From: Octopus bimaculoides
Lineage: Eukaryota
Reading direction: 5' to 3'
NCBI RefSeq assembly: GCF_001194135.2
Contig: NC_068982.1
Location: 147,158,083-147,222,082, forward strand
Length of the DNA: 64,000 bases
Numbering within the stretch: the first letter of the stretch is position 1; the number at the start of each line of letters is the position of its first letter. Shown piece by piece: positions 1 to 11,552 of this stretch. The translations under genes were made by a program, and so were the position numbers. A model generated the notes under the pieces. That model was not told the origin of the DNA. It saw only the letters and a program-made list of their open reading frames with translations, and made no database searches.

Positions 1-138
1 ATATATATATATATACATATACACTCACATACACATGCGTATGTTTAATTATATTTATATATTTGTATGTATGTATACGCAGTCACACAAAAACACACAG
101 ACACACACATATACACAAGCATATATACAATATATATG

Positions 139-989
139 CAGAGTGCGGTGAATAAACTGTCTAAATTACACAAAAATGAAAATAACACAGACATCTCATT
201 TTAATTGATATATTTACCAAAATTACATTAAAATATCTTGAAACACTAAAGAGTAAATTTATTCAATTAAATTGCCATTGGCTTCAACCATGGCCTCCAG
301 ACAACTTCGGAATCTCTTGCAACTCTTCTGGACGGTCTCTTTGTTTAAGTTGGTGAATGCTACCATAATCCTTGCCTTCAATTCATCTTTGGTGTTGCAA
401 TGAGTTTTGTTGGCGTTTCGCTCAACTGCGCCCCACACATAATAATCAAGGGGGCTGCAATCTGGAGAGTTAGGTGGCCAGATGTTAGGGGTGGTGTGGT
501 CGCAGCCATTACTGGGTCCTCCTGCTTGTGTGGCATGGCACAGAGTCCTGATGCCAGACATCGGGTCTTCCAGCAGTCATCTTCTTGACCCAGGGCAGCT
601 CTACCTCCTCCAGGCACTTCATATAGGCCTCTGTGTTTAGTCTGAGGCTGTCTAGGAAGATGAATGGAGGTATAATGTCGCCATCACAAATGATCACCCC
701 AAGCACCTTTGTAATCACCTTTAGACTCATCCAACTCTTTCCGAATCCTCTGCACCGTCCTCAGATTGACACCCAAGCACTCTGAAATGTTCGTATCGGT
801 GCTTCCGGTGCGAATGCCAAGCAGTACAGTATGTAATTTCCAAATTTCTTGGAGAAAGAATTGCGCCATGCTGCTTTTTTTTTCCTCCCAGACTTTGCCC
901 AAATGTGTAGTCGAGAAAATCCAAAACAAACAAAACGCATGCGCGAAATTAAGGATATAAAATGGCAACAATCTACTCATCGCACCCTG
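139..989 (-). mobile_element. Internally deleted Tc1/mariner DD37D (maT-type) transposon with both TIRs
   Basis: Imperfect TIRs: CAGAGTGCGGTGAATAAACTGT (139-160) vs reverse complement of 968-989, 17/22 identical, set in TA-rich flanks. The minus strand encodes an N-terminal HTH (MAQFF..ISECLGVNLRTVQRIRKELDES, ATG at 869) fused directly to catalytic-domain pieces (GDIIPPFIF, WHQDSVPCH, WPPNSPDCSPLDYYVWGAVE..RFRSCLEAMVEANG, stop at 259). It has frameshifts, and the middle of the transposase is missing. Confidence 0.9.
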
Positions 990-1458
990 CATATATATAT
1001 ATATNNNNNNNNNNNNNNNNNNNNNNNNNNNNNNNNNNNNNNNNNNNNNNNNNNNNNNNNNNNNNNNNNNNNNNNNNNNNNNNNNNNNNNNNNNNNNNNN
1101 NNNNNNNNNNNNNNNNNNNNNNNNNNNNNNNNNNNNNNNNNNNNNNNNNNNNNNNNNNNNNNNNNNNNNNNNNNNNNNNNNNNNNNNNNNNNNNNNNNNN
1201 NNNNNNNNNNNNNNNNNNNNNNNNNNNNNNNNNNNNNNNNNNNNNNNNNNNNNNNNNNNNNNNNNNNNNNNNNNNNNNNNNNNNNNNNNNNNNNNNNNNN
1301 NNNNNNNNNNNNNNNNNNNNNNNNNNNNNNNNNNNNNNNNNNNNNNNNNNNNNNNNNNNNNNNNNNNNNNNNNNNNNNNNNNNNNNNNNNNNNNNNNNNN
1401 NNNNNNNNNNNNNNNNNNNNNNNNNNNNNNNNNNNNNNNNNNNNNNNNNNNNNNNNNN

Positions 1459-1508
<50 letters not shown>

Positions 1509-1903
1509 TAAGTATGCATGTATGTATGTATATATATATAGATAGATAGATAGATTGACTGATTGATTCATATATACATACACACTCATTTGTCCGTCCA
1601 TACTTGTATAGATGAAAACCCACATAGAATTACTCATATCTATATACATCATACATTTATTTAATGGAAAGAGAACCTAAATAAGAGGATGCTCTAGATA
1701 ATAGATGCCTGATTAAGCACGCACCCTGTATTTCATGGAGATGACTACGAATTTATAATCATGTCTTTACCCTTTATCTAGTGCATTAATAATGCTGAAC
1801 GGAGTGAATTCTTATCTGTGTATTGAAAGCTCCTCACAATCTCACGTAGGTAGAATTTCATTTCTTCTTTTGCAGCACATTAATTTTTCTCTTCATATTG
1901 TAT

Positions 1904-1941
1904 AAAATTCATTGTTTCGGAATGATTCCCTCATCAGTTTT
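1904..1941 (-). ncRNA. Degenerate minimal hammerhead ribozyme motif
   Basis: Minus strand reads AAAA-CUGAUGA-g-GGAA(uca)UUCC-GAAA-C(aau)G-A-A-UUUU. Core, stem II and a 4-bp stem I are present, but conserved U16.1 is A. Confidence 0.45.
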
Positions 1942-2189
1942 TCTTTGTGCAATTAAAATTTGTTACTTTAAGATCATTAAAAAATTGCTCTGTTTTATAA
2001 TGTTTAATACAATTGTTACTCGACGGAAAAAGTAATATATTTTCTATTTTCATTTAACTTTTAACGTTAAATACACAGCTGTATGGATGTAGGACACGTT
2101 TTTCTCTGACAATGAAATATAAACAGAAGGTTTTAACAATACAAAATACGAGAAAATGGAAAATTCCAGAGTATGGTGTTCTGAAGAGG

Positions 2190-2680
2190 AAAGATTGGGT
2201 GTAATTATTTGTGTGGATTCAAGGGGTTAGGCAACAAGACCGGTGAAAGATAGAGAAATGACTAAACCGAAATACCTGATTAGAGAAGATGCGAGACCAG
2301 CTACCTCTAAAGAACAGTTACCATTAAAGTTGTGATAGAAAAGAACAAATAGGGAAGACAGCAAACATGCGGTGAACGAGAGCAGGACAGTTTCTATTAG
2401 TTATTGAATACCTATCAGTCGAGTGACCCTTTTTTCTGAATGCGGATGACACTGTATATAACAGAAACATTGTCACAGAAGTAGGAGCTATATTTCAGTA
2501 TGATCCACACTTGAGTGTTGCTGGTTGTGAGCAACAGTTAGATATAAGATACTTCCTCGCCCTCTGAAAGAAAACTGTTACAATAGGTAGGAGAGTTAAC
2601 TACGTTAAAGATGGGCTTTTACTTGAGATCTGAGACAGTGATACCTAGCACCCTAACTGAATAACGCTCAAATTTACTTG
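2190..2680 (-). mobile_element. Decayed 3' part of a CR1/L2/Jockey-group LINE (post-RT region)
   Basis: Manual minus-strand translation across stops and frameshifts gives LGITVSDL, TQVWIILKYSSYFCD, RIQKKRVTRLIG and LFYHNFNGNCS. These parallel the conserved LGI..DL / QVRP.LEY.S..WD / RIQK.A.RLI / LFY.Y.NG.CS string of such LINEs. Confidence 0.55.
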
Positions 2681-3362
2681 GTAGTTAGTGCAGTGGTGCA
2701 TTCTTGATATTTGTCGTGCGTCTGTTTTGTTATCAAAAGGGACAAGATGGGTATACTACCACTAAGGATGATCTCAATGTCTCTCTTCTAGGAAATGATA
2801 CATGTTTGGTTCGTAGTGTCAAAGATGCGCGTAGAAAACCTGTACACAGCAAATATCGTGGACTTGGAATTGAATTATTTTTTTTGCTTAAACGCTCTCT
2901 TTGTATTTCTCGATTATTTTTCTGTCATGTTCCTTAATACAGGCCTCATATTTGAAGCCGACTGATATCTTATAAAGGAACACTTTCATATTTGTTTGAT
3001 ATATTAAATTACAGAGATATAAAAAAAATATACTACTAAAATATATATTTACTCTGAAATAGTACAAATACCATATCCATGTATGCTGCTTGACGTACTA
3101 AATATATATATATATANNNNNNNNNNNNNNNNNNNNNNNNNNNNNNNNNNNNNNNNNNNNGTGTGTGTGTGTGTGTGTGTGGGTGTGTGGGTGTGTGTGT
3201 GTGTGTGTGTGTGTGTTTGTATGTATGTGTGTATGTGTGTATGTATGTATATATATATATATGTATATGTATATTTGCGCGTGTGTGTGTGAGTGTGCAT
3301 GTATGTATATATATGTGTGTGTGCAAGTCCGTATATGTGTATAGATGTATGTGTATGTGCGT

Positions 3363-3570
3363 GTGAAGGCGCGTGAGCTGGTAGTAGCTAGAGTGATTCT
3401 CGGACCGCCCGGTGCAAGACATTTCACCACGCTGCTGTGCGATCATTTTGACATCTGACGTATGTCACACTTGTTCACCTGTACAGCCAATGTCAATTTG
3501 ATGGAAGGAATGCGCTAATGTACAGCACATACATTTCATCACTATCGACAAAGCATCCGTACAGGTAGTT
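3363..3570 (+). mobile_element. SINE family C, decayed copy
   Basis: Starts GTGAAGGCGCGTG like the reverse complement of the 7040-7275 and 57052-57256 copies, and shares the GCAAGACATTTCA..CACG segment. Confidence 0.55.
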
Positions 3571-3574
3571 CAAG

Positions 3575-3638
<64 letters not shown>

Positions 3639-3884
3639 GCACATACATATATATATGCATATATACAAACATGCACACATACATACATGCATGCAAACAC
3701 AGAGATAGGGGAGAGGAAGAGAAAGAGCGAGGGAGAGTGAGAGCGAAATGTATAGACTATATAGTTTCGTTTGCACTGTAATTAATACATCTTTTCCAAA
3801 GTTATTCTAAATAGATTATTACCTAAAACAAAAGTTCATTCTTACATACCGGTTTCACTTGATAGGTTGATGATCAATATTGCG

Positions 3885-4039
3885 CTCTATATTTAATAGG
3901 TGAGAAATTATGTACATTATTTACATTTGACGGATATGTGTCCTCATCTTGTTTGTTGTTAACACAACGTTTCGGCTGATATACCCTCCAGCTTTCATCA
4001 GATGTCTTGTGGAAATTTCGTAAATAATGTAAATAATGT
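3885..4039 (-). mobile_element. Short Penelope-like terminal-repeat insertion carrying a hammerhead, with 12-bp target-site duplication
   Basis: ATCAATATTGCG is directly repeated at 3873-3884 and 4040-4051. The insert is homologous to 30761-30877 in the opposite orientation, and ends with an inverted TAAATAATGTA duplication (4021-4040). Confidence 0.75.
3961..4006 (-). ncRNA. Minimal type I hammerhead ribozyme motif
   Basis: Minus strand: GACAU-CUGAUGA-aaGCUG(gaggguauau)CAGCc-GAAA-C-GUU-GUGUU. Stem I is GACAU/GUGUU, stem II is GCUG/CAGC, and helix III is a loopless palindrome AACGUU. Confidence 0.75.
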
Positions 4040-4430
4040 ATCAATATTGCGTGTATTACACATGTATATTACAGTGGATATCAACTACTTGAAGTGAAAC
4101 CGGAATGTGGTAGTGCATTCTGAAATACTTTAAGCACTAACTGTGCAAAGGGAATAACAGTGAAATCGTTGGATCTAAAAGAACACGACACGTTCTATTG
4201 ATTACTCCCTTTTGCCGTTCTTCCCGCTATACATATGTACAAATGCATGAACGTGTGAGTGCGTGTGTGTGTATGTGTGTGAGTGTGTGTGTGTGTTTGT
4301 ATATATATATTAATACGTATGCATATATATATATAGGTATAGTTGCAATTTACAGAAAAACAAAAGATGAAGGCAGGTGTATGAACCTCAAACAAGTGTA
4401 TTAGTTTGACGCACGGGAAAATGAAAAAGT

Positions 4431-4466
4431 CTTTAACGTTTCGAGCTTACGCTCTTCAACAGAAAG
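4431..4466 (-). ncRNA. Minimal type I hammerhead ribozyme motif (A6U core variant)
   Basis: Minus strand: CUUU-CUGUUGA-a-GAGC(GUAA)GCUC-GAAA-C-GUU-AAAG. Perfect 4-bp stem I, perfect stem II closed by a GNRA tetraloop, and the AACGUU palindrome. Confidence 0.65.
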
Positions 4467-4657
4467 GTATAAGAGAAAATAAATAGAGAGCGAGTGAGAA
4501 AAACCGTGCAGATTTAGCGGTCTTGCATGCCGAATGATTAGAAACCAAAAGTTTGGAAGAAGAGGTTGGAAGAAATGGAGATAGTAAAGTACTGGTGATC
4601 CCAAATTAAGGTGTGCGTGTGGGTGTGTGGTGTGTGGATGAAGGTGAATATATATAT

Positions 4658-4713
<56 letters not shown>

Positions 4714-5175
4714 GTATGCATATATATATATTAATAGAATTATGCACATACATACACACACAGACGCGCGCATGCATACACACATACTCACACACACATA
4801 CTCACACATATATCAATAAACGCGCAAACGCACATACAAATTTATATACCCTCCCTCAGTCAAATGCTTGACATGCCAACATATTACTTTCCCGTCATTG
4901 CTTGCAAAATTAATTGCCTTGTTTCTATTATTTGTTAGTATCTTTCTTGCCTTTGAATAAAACTAGGGATGTGCTTGCTCTGTTTCCTTATTCACCCGAA
5001 ACGAGGTGTTATCGTTAAATGTAACCGAACCATATCAGATTGGTTTATAAATGTAAACAATATCTACAACCTGTGGGAAAAGGAATTAGGCAAGCTTTAA
5101 TAAAATTAAGATATCAATCTTAGGAACGTATATCAATAAAAGTTGTTCACATCACAGTTATATATGAGCAAGTCA

Positions 5176-5214
<39 letters not shown>

Positions 5215-5988
5215 NNNNNNNNNNNNNNNNNNNNNNNNNNNNNNNNNNNNNNNNNNNNNNNNNNNNNNNNNNNNNNNNNNNNNNNNNNNNNNNNNNNNNN
5301 NNNNNNNNNNNNNNNNNNNNNNNNNNNNNNNNNNNNNNNNNNNNNNNNNNNNNNNNNNNNNNNNNNNNNNNNNNNNNNNNNNNNNNNNNNNNNNNNNNNN
5401 NNNNNNNNNNNNNNNNNNNNNNNNNNNNNNNNNNNNNNNNNNNNNNNNNNNNNNNNNNNNNNNNNNNNNNNNNNNNNNNNNNNNNNNNNNNNNNNNNNNN
5501 NNNNNNNNNNNNNNNNNNNNNNNNNNNNNNNNNNNNNNNNNNNNNNNNNNNNNNNNNNNNNNNNNNNNNNNNNNNNNNNNNNNNNNNNNNNNNNNNNNNN
5601 NNNNNNNNNNNNNNNNNNNNNNNNNNNNNNNNNNNNNNNNNNNNNNNNNNNNNNNNNNNNNNNNNNNNNNNNNNNNNNNNNNNNNNNNNNNNNNNNNNNN
5701 NNNNNNNNNNNNNNNNNNNNNNNNNNNNNNNNNNNNNNNNNNNNNNNNNNNNNNNNNNNNNNNNNNNNNNNNNNNNNNNNNNNTATATATACATACACAC
5801 ATATATACATATATACATACACACATACATACACACACATATATATATACATACACACATACATACATACAAAGATATGTATCAGTGGATTTATATTGTA
5901 TTTTTACGTAGATATACATATGCGCAAATATAGATAGAGAGAAAGACAGAAGCAAAGAAACAAAGAAAAGGGAAAGAGAGAGTTAGAG

Positions 5989-5992
<4 letters not shown>

Positions 5993-6047
<55 letters not shown>

Positions 6048-6048
6048 A
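5993..6048. repeat. (AAAG)n tetranucleotide microsatellite
   Basis: Direct inspection. Confidence 0.95.
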
Positions 6049-6882
6049 AATAGTGTATGTAATAAATGTGTATGAGTGCAGTCTTGGTACTACTATATAC
6101 TGGCTCCCACCCCAAAAGTTTTAATTAAATTTTTTGCTCTCTCTCATTTTATTATTTAAAATGAAATATAGTTTCTTTCAGGTCGTTCTTCTTTCTTCGT
6201 CGTGGTCATCCAAAAAAGTTTTAACCATATAATTTTAATAAACATAGCAATTTGACGCCCATTTTAAAATGTTTACGACCCACCCCTACAAAAAAAATAG
6301 TACTATGCCACCTATGGCGATTGTTTGCGATGCGTATGATATATATTTGAAATATTAAAAAAGTACGCTAATTTTAAATGTTGATATTGTATTATATACT
6401 GTGATATGCTTTTTATTGAACAATCTTAGAACTTTGAATATGTTTTTGAGTGTGCACTATTAAAGGTATTTTAGAAAAAAACTTTAACTATGTTAACTTT
6501 TTGTAGTTATTGTGCAATTCTGTGACGCGTACATCATCATAAAGGTATACATACATACATGCATACATACACACATACATACATACATGCATGCATGCAT
6601 ACACTCATACATACAAACATACATATGTAAGAGAGTACATCTATGTATTTCTATGAGTGTCTGTTGATGTTTGTGTTTGTGTGTATAAATAAGAGATTAT
6701 ATTAGACACACATACACACACACACATACTAACACACGCATACATGCACACATTAAATTATGAATTAAAAGAAGCTCTAGTAATGTAAACGTTATCGATC
6801 GCACAACATTAGTTGGATCAAATGGATATGTCCAGATCGACATCAGAAATTTAACCTGTTTGAAATCTAACCTGTTTAAGGT

Positions 6883-6938
6883 TTTACCTGATGATGGTGG
6901 ATTATATGTTAAGTTGATATCGAAACAGCTGTCGTAAA
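6883..6938 (+). ncRNA. Type I hammerhead ribozyme motif with GUC cleavage triplet
   Basis: UUUAC-CUGAUGA(6888-6894)-...-GAAA(6922-6925)-C-AGCU-GUC(6931-6933)-GUAAA. Stem I UUUAC/GUAAA is perfect and helix III is the palindrome ACAGCUGU; stem II is weak (G-C, G-U, U-A, G-U). Confidence 0.7.
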
Positions 6939-7039
6939 TTTTAAAGGCTCTTTCAGTTTACATATATATATATCATGGACTCTCCCTGTTGTTAGCCGAC
7001 GTGTGAAGGCTCGGCAATTTCTTACCGAACAACCACACA

Positions 7040-7275
7040 GATTTGTTTATAGTGATTAAATGCTTCTGTTGACATAAGCTCACTCCTTCCACCAAATCGA
7101 TATTAACTGTACAGGTGCACAATGTGCCACATGTCAGATGATGAAATGATCACAGAGCAACGTGAAATGAAGTATTTTGCTCAAGAACACAACGCAACAC
7201 TCTGTCTGAGAATCAGAACCACGATCTCATAATCGTGAGTGCAACATCCTAACCCCTAAGTCAAACGTCTCCAGA
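7040..7275 (-). mobile_element. SINE family C copy (tRNA-like head)
   Basis: The reverse complement has a tRNA-like A/B-box head followed by TTGTGTTCTTGAGCAAAATACTTCATTTCACGTTGCTC, shared with 57052-57256 and 10560-10800. Confidence 0.7.
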
Positions 7276-7489
7276 ATATCAATACCAATACCTAAATATA
7301 TATATTGTGTAAGTTATGGATTCATAGACTCGTGTAATTGTGTGGTTGATGAGCTATCTTGCTTTCCTTGTATTGATTTGTGAATATACATTTATATTGT
7401 ATAATGTGTAGCATGCATATTAATGCAGACATGTAAGCATAATTTGTTATATACTGAAATTATTGTTACAGGTAAAGACTACAAAACAG

Positions 7490-7775
7490 CCGTAATGTTA
7501 ACCAATAAAGACATTCTAAAGACAGCCAGCACAAGACGACTTTGTAAAATCAACACGAAGTGAAGATTAAAACTAACAGGTCACATATTTCGGTTACCAG
7601 AAGAGCACCGTTATAAAACAGCATTCAAATGGCCTCCACGTGCAAGAAATTAAAGACAGAAAGACAGAAAACTACATGGCGCTGAACATTCATAACCAAC
7701 ATGAAAGGAATGATATCACGGTCGGATGCAGAGAAAACTACAACCAACAGAAAGAAGTGGTGTCAACTTGCCCCC
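7490..7775 (+). mobile_element. 3' fragment of an RTE-like LINE
   Basis: Translation NKDILKT..RLKLTGHIFRLPEEHRYKTAFKWPP followed, across frameshifts, by a basic RxK..W segment. This matches the GH(I/V)xRM...W.P...R..GRP..TW C-terminal motif of RTE-type ORFs. Confidence 0.55.
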
Positions 7776-10559
7776 CCCCCCGAAATATACTCAAGAACAC
7801 AATAGAAAATGAAAGGAATTGATTCTTTAATCGTCAACAGAGTAATAATTAAAACTGAGTTTCAATTACACAAGAAATAACTTTTTTAAGTAATAAAATG
7901 AAAATATCTGAAATACAAATGCAAGCATCCTTTGGCAGCTGCGCATTTACGAGCCAGAGGTCGCTTCATCAACCATATCTAAATATTACGCAAGCACTAT
8001 GCTGTTATTGTAGAAACTTTAAAGATTGCTATTTCATTCACACCTATTCTTTCGGGGACATGGAAAAGAGATATGTAACAAAGCAATATTAGTATAGACT
8101 GTGGGAGTATGAAGTCCTACATGCGACATAATGTGGTAAAACATCGAAGTATGTAAGCTACACAGAAATGATACTTTAAGACTCAAATATCTGAAACAAC
8201 TGCTAACTATTTAAACACCAGGTCAGATATCTTAAACAAATGTTTTCATCTCAATTATATATATTAGTTGAAATATTCGAAGATTTTAGTCAACTACAGC
8301 TTGATAGTTGATTAATTACCGGGAACAATCATAATATCTCTGTTTATCCCTTTGATTTGAACATATATATTTAGAGTGAGCTATACTATGCCTCTTAGAA
8401 TCTGTTAATTACATTGCCATTCTCTTCTCCAACCCATAATTTGAAACCAAAGTATTTAGTGCCTCAAGAATTCTTATCTTTAACCTTTATACGCCTCTTA
8501 AATTCATTATCTCATCATATTCTCAATGATTCACTCTGTAATAAAATGTCACTGTTTTCAGATAGGATAGAAACCTTCGATCATATATACACAAAATCTA
8601 TTGAAAAGGATGGTGCTGCTATGCTGGGAACATCTGTCAAGGTTTTATTGGGTCTAAACAAGAACAGACAAAAACAGCTCCCGATCTAACAAATCGGTGG
8701 TTACGTCTATAATTCAACTAAAATCAAACACTGCAATCTTAGAAAAATGGAACGACGCATCAAGTGATAATACAGTTCTTGACACGCATTTGACATCGTG
8801 ATGGTGCTGACTAAAATACCTTAGATCGTAAGAGTGGTAGATCAAACTTGAAATGGGACAAAATATCTACAAAAAGAACTACAATCATAGGAAAAGCAAC
8901 TAAATCTCACTCAAAACATACGCTATCTGGAAAATAGTTATATACATTAGTTAATAAAAGTAAGATGTAGAAAAAAAAAATCCTTGTGATTGTCAGACAA
9001 GAAATATCGTACTTGTAAGGGATCTCGATCAGGATTGATCTGGCGCTAAACAACAACAATGACAATCTCTATGCAATGTTATTTATTTTTATTTATTTAT
9101 TTTATGTTAATCGTTCACAGTAAAATTGTCGACAGACACAATTCTTTGGCTAATTAACGAAATAAAAGAACGGAAGAGTGGGGGAAGGGAAGAAAAAAAA
9201 AGAAGAAGCTAGAATGATAAAAGAAGTGAAGAAAATAACAAAAGAACGCCCCCAAATTTAGGGATCTCACTAAGTATATAAATATATAACAACAAAACAC
9301 CAAACAAAGAGGAAAACTGGGTTAATTAGAAATAGTCAAAATAATGTTAGTAGGTTAATACTTATAGATAATCCGACTGTATTAGGGAGATAAAAGCGAA
9401 GGGATCAACTTCAGCTTCACTGGCTGTCTTTCTTGTCTGAGTACCCGGCTCCTCTGAAAATAGCTTCGATATACATTTACAAAGTCACTCATAGAAGTAC
9501 ATGCATATACACACATATACGTATGTGTACTTTCAGTTACTGTTAACACCTCGTTCATAGATTTAACATATATATATATATATATATATANNNNNNNNNN
9601 NNNNNNNNNNNNNNNNNNNNNNNNNNNNNNNNNNNNNNNNNNNNNNNNNNNNNNNNNNNNNNNNNNNNNNNNNNNNNNNNNNNNNNNNNNNNNNNNNNNN
9701 NNNNNNNNNNNNNNNNNNNNNNNNNNNNNNNNNNNNNNNNNNNNNNNNNNNNNNNNNNNNNNNNNNNNNNNNNNNNNNNNNNNNNNNNNNNNNNNNNNNN
9801 NNNNNNNNNNNNNNNNNNNNNNNNNNNNNNNNNNNNNNNNNNNNNNNNNNNNNNNNNNNNNNNNNNNNNNNNNNNNNNNNNNNNNNNNNNNNNNNNNNNN
9901 NNNNNNNNNNNNNNNNNNNNNNNNNNNNNNNNNNNNNNNNNNNNNNNNNNNNNNNNNNNNNNNNNNNNNNNNNNNNNNNNNNNNNNNNNNNNNNNNNNNN
10001 NNNNNNNNNNNNNNNNNNNNNNNNNNNNNNNNNNNNNNNNNNNNNNNNNNNNNNNNNNNNNNNNNNNNNNNNNNNNNNNNNNNNNNNNNNNNNNNNNNNN
10101 NNNNNNNNNNNNNNNNNNNNNNNNNNNNNNNNNNNNNNNNNNNNNNNNNNNNNNNNNNNNNNNNNNNNNNNNNNNNNNNNNNNNNNNNNNNNNNNNNNNN
10201 NNNNNNNNNNNNNNNNNNNNNNNNNNNNNNNNNNNNNNNNNNNNNNNNNNNNNNNNNNNNNNNNNNNNNNNNNNNNNNNNNNNNNNNNNNNNNNNNNNNN
10301 NNNNNNNNNNNNNNNNNNNNNNNNNNNNNNNNNNNNNNNNNNNNNNNNNNNNNNNNNNNNNNNNNNNNNNNNNNNNNNNNNNNNNNNNNNNNNNNNNNNN
10401 NNNNNNNNNNNNNNNNNNNNNNNNNNNNNNNNNNTATATATGAAGATATATATATATATCTCTCTCTCTATATATATATTGTATTACGGGACGTTCATTT
10501 TTTAAATTTTTGCCAAATACATACACGCACTATATTTTCGTTCTTCACTCGTTTATTGT

Positions 10560-10800
10560 AACTCAGATCATTGTCCGAAAATCTTTCGCCAGACATCTGT
10601 GACCTCCGCAGCGACACTTTCCGTCTACATATGTGCAAGAGCACAAGGTACCTCATTTCACGTTGCTTCAATCTACTCAACAGAAAAATGAACACCAACC
10701 TTGTGTTGGCTCAGCCTACTCTCCATCCAGGTTTGAGTTATTCGATATACCGCAGTGTCAAATATGAGATGGTTGACAAGGTATTTGTGTCTGTGAGCAT
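10560..10800 (+). mobile_element. SINE family C, decayed copy
   Basis: Contains GAGCACAAGGTACCTCATTTCACGTTGCTTCAATCTACTCAAC, homologous to the family C body. Confidence 0.5.
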
Positions 10801-11552
10801 AGCAAACATTTAGAGAAAACATAGTAAGTGCTACCAAAGTATACTCGCTAGTGAAGGACAAATTTATTATGTACACCCACAAACACACATATTTTGCTTA
10901 TGAATGAAACTGAACTTCCTACATTTGTGTACGATACATACATATATGCATGATGCATACATCCATATATAATTATATATTAATTCTTCTTTTTATGTAA
11001 AGTTATACTTTAAAAAAATTGAACTGAAGTACTCACAAAAACCTGGTGAAGAATGTTTACATACGTAACCGAAAGCAACGGTTGTCTCCGAAGGTAGCAT
11101 TTCAAAGAGGTGAACCTGTTTAAGCGACTGTTTATTTTGACATTAAATTAATTCATTGCTGTTATGAAAATCCACTGTATACGTGCTAAGACCTTACATA
11201 AGCAAGAGATAACATCTGCGCACCCTTCCACTTTCCTGTGATATTGTTGTTGTTTTCGTTGTCGTCGTTATCGCCAGCGCTACCAAATCGTTAAAGATAC
11301 CAACACCAGTGTAATTATCCATAAAGTTACAAGTTGTAATGCTAATGATCAAGGTGGTATTGTTCATGGATCTGAAGATGTTGTATTCGATATTTCTCAA
11401 GGAATTTTCTTCAAATATTTTTCAGATTCAAAATTCTTTTCTTCACAGTCATTCTTTTTGTTTTTGTTTTATTAAACACGTGAGTTCATTTTCTATTTAC
11501 ATTCATCACGGCAGCTAATTTCTACTGTGGAAGATGCCATGTTAAATAGTTA

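Noticed and set aside
8562-8689. Possible terminal exon after TTTTCAG (DRIETFDHIYTKSIEKDGAAMLGTSVK...)
   Set aside because: No recognisable domain or partner exon; compatible with chance.
11043-11088. CTGGTGA...GAAA...GTC hammerhead-like string
   Set aside because: Core substitution, G-G mismatch in helix III and no stem I.
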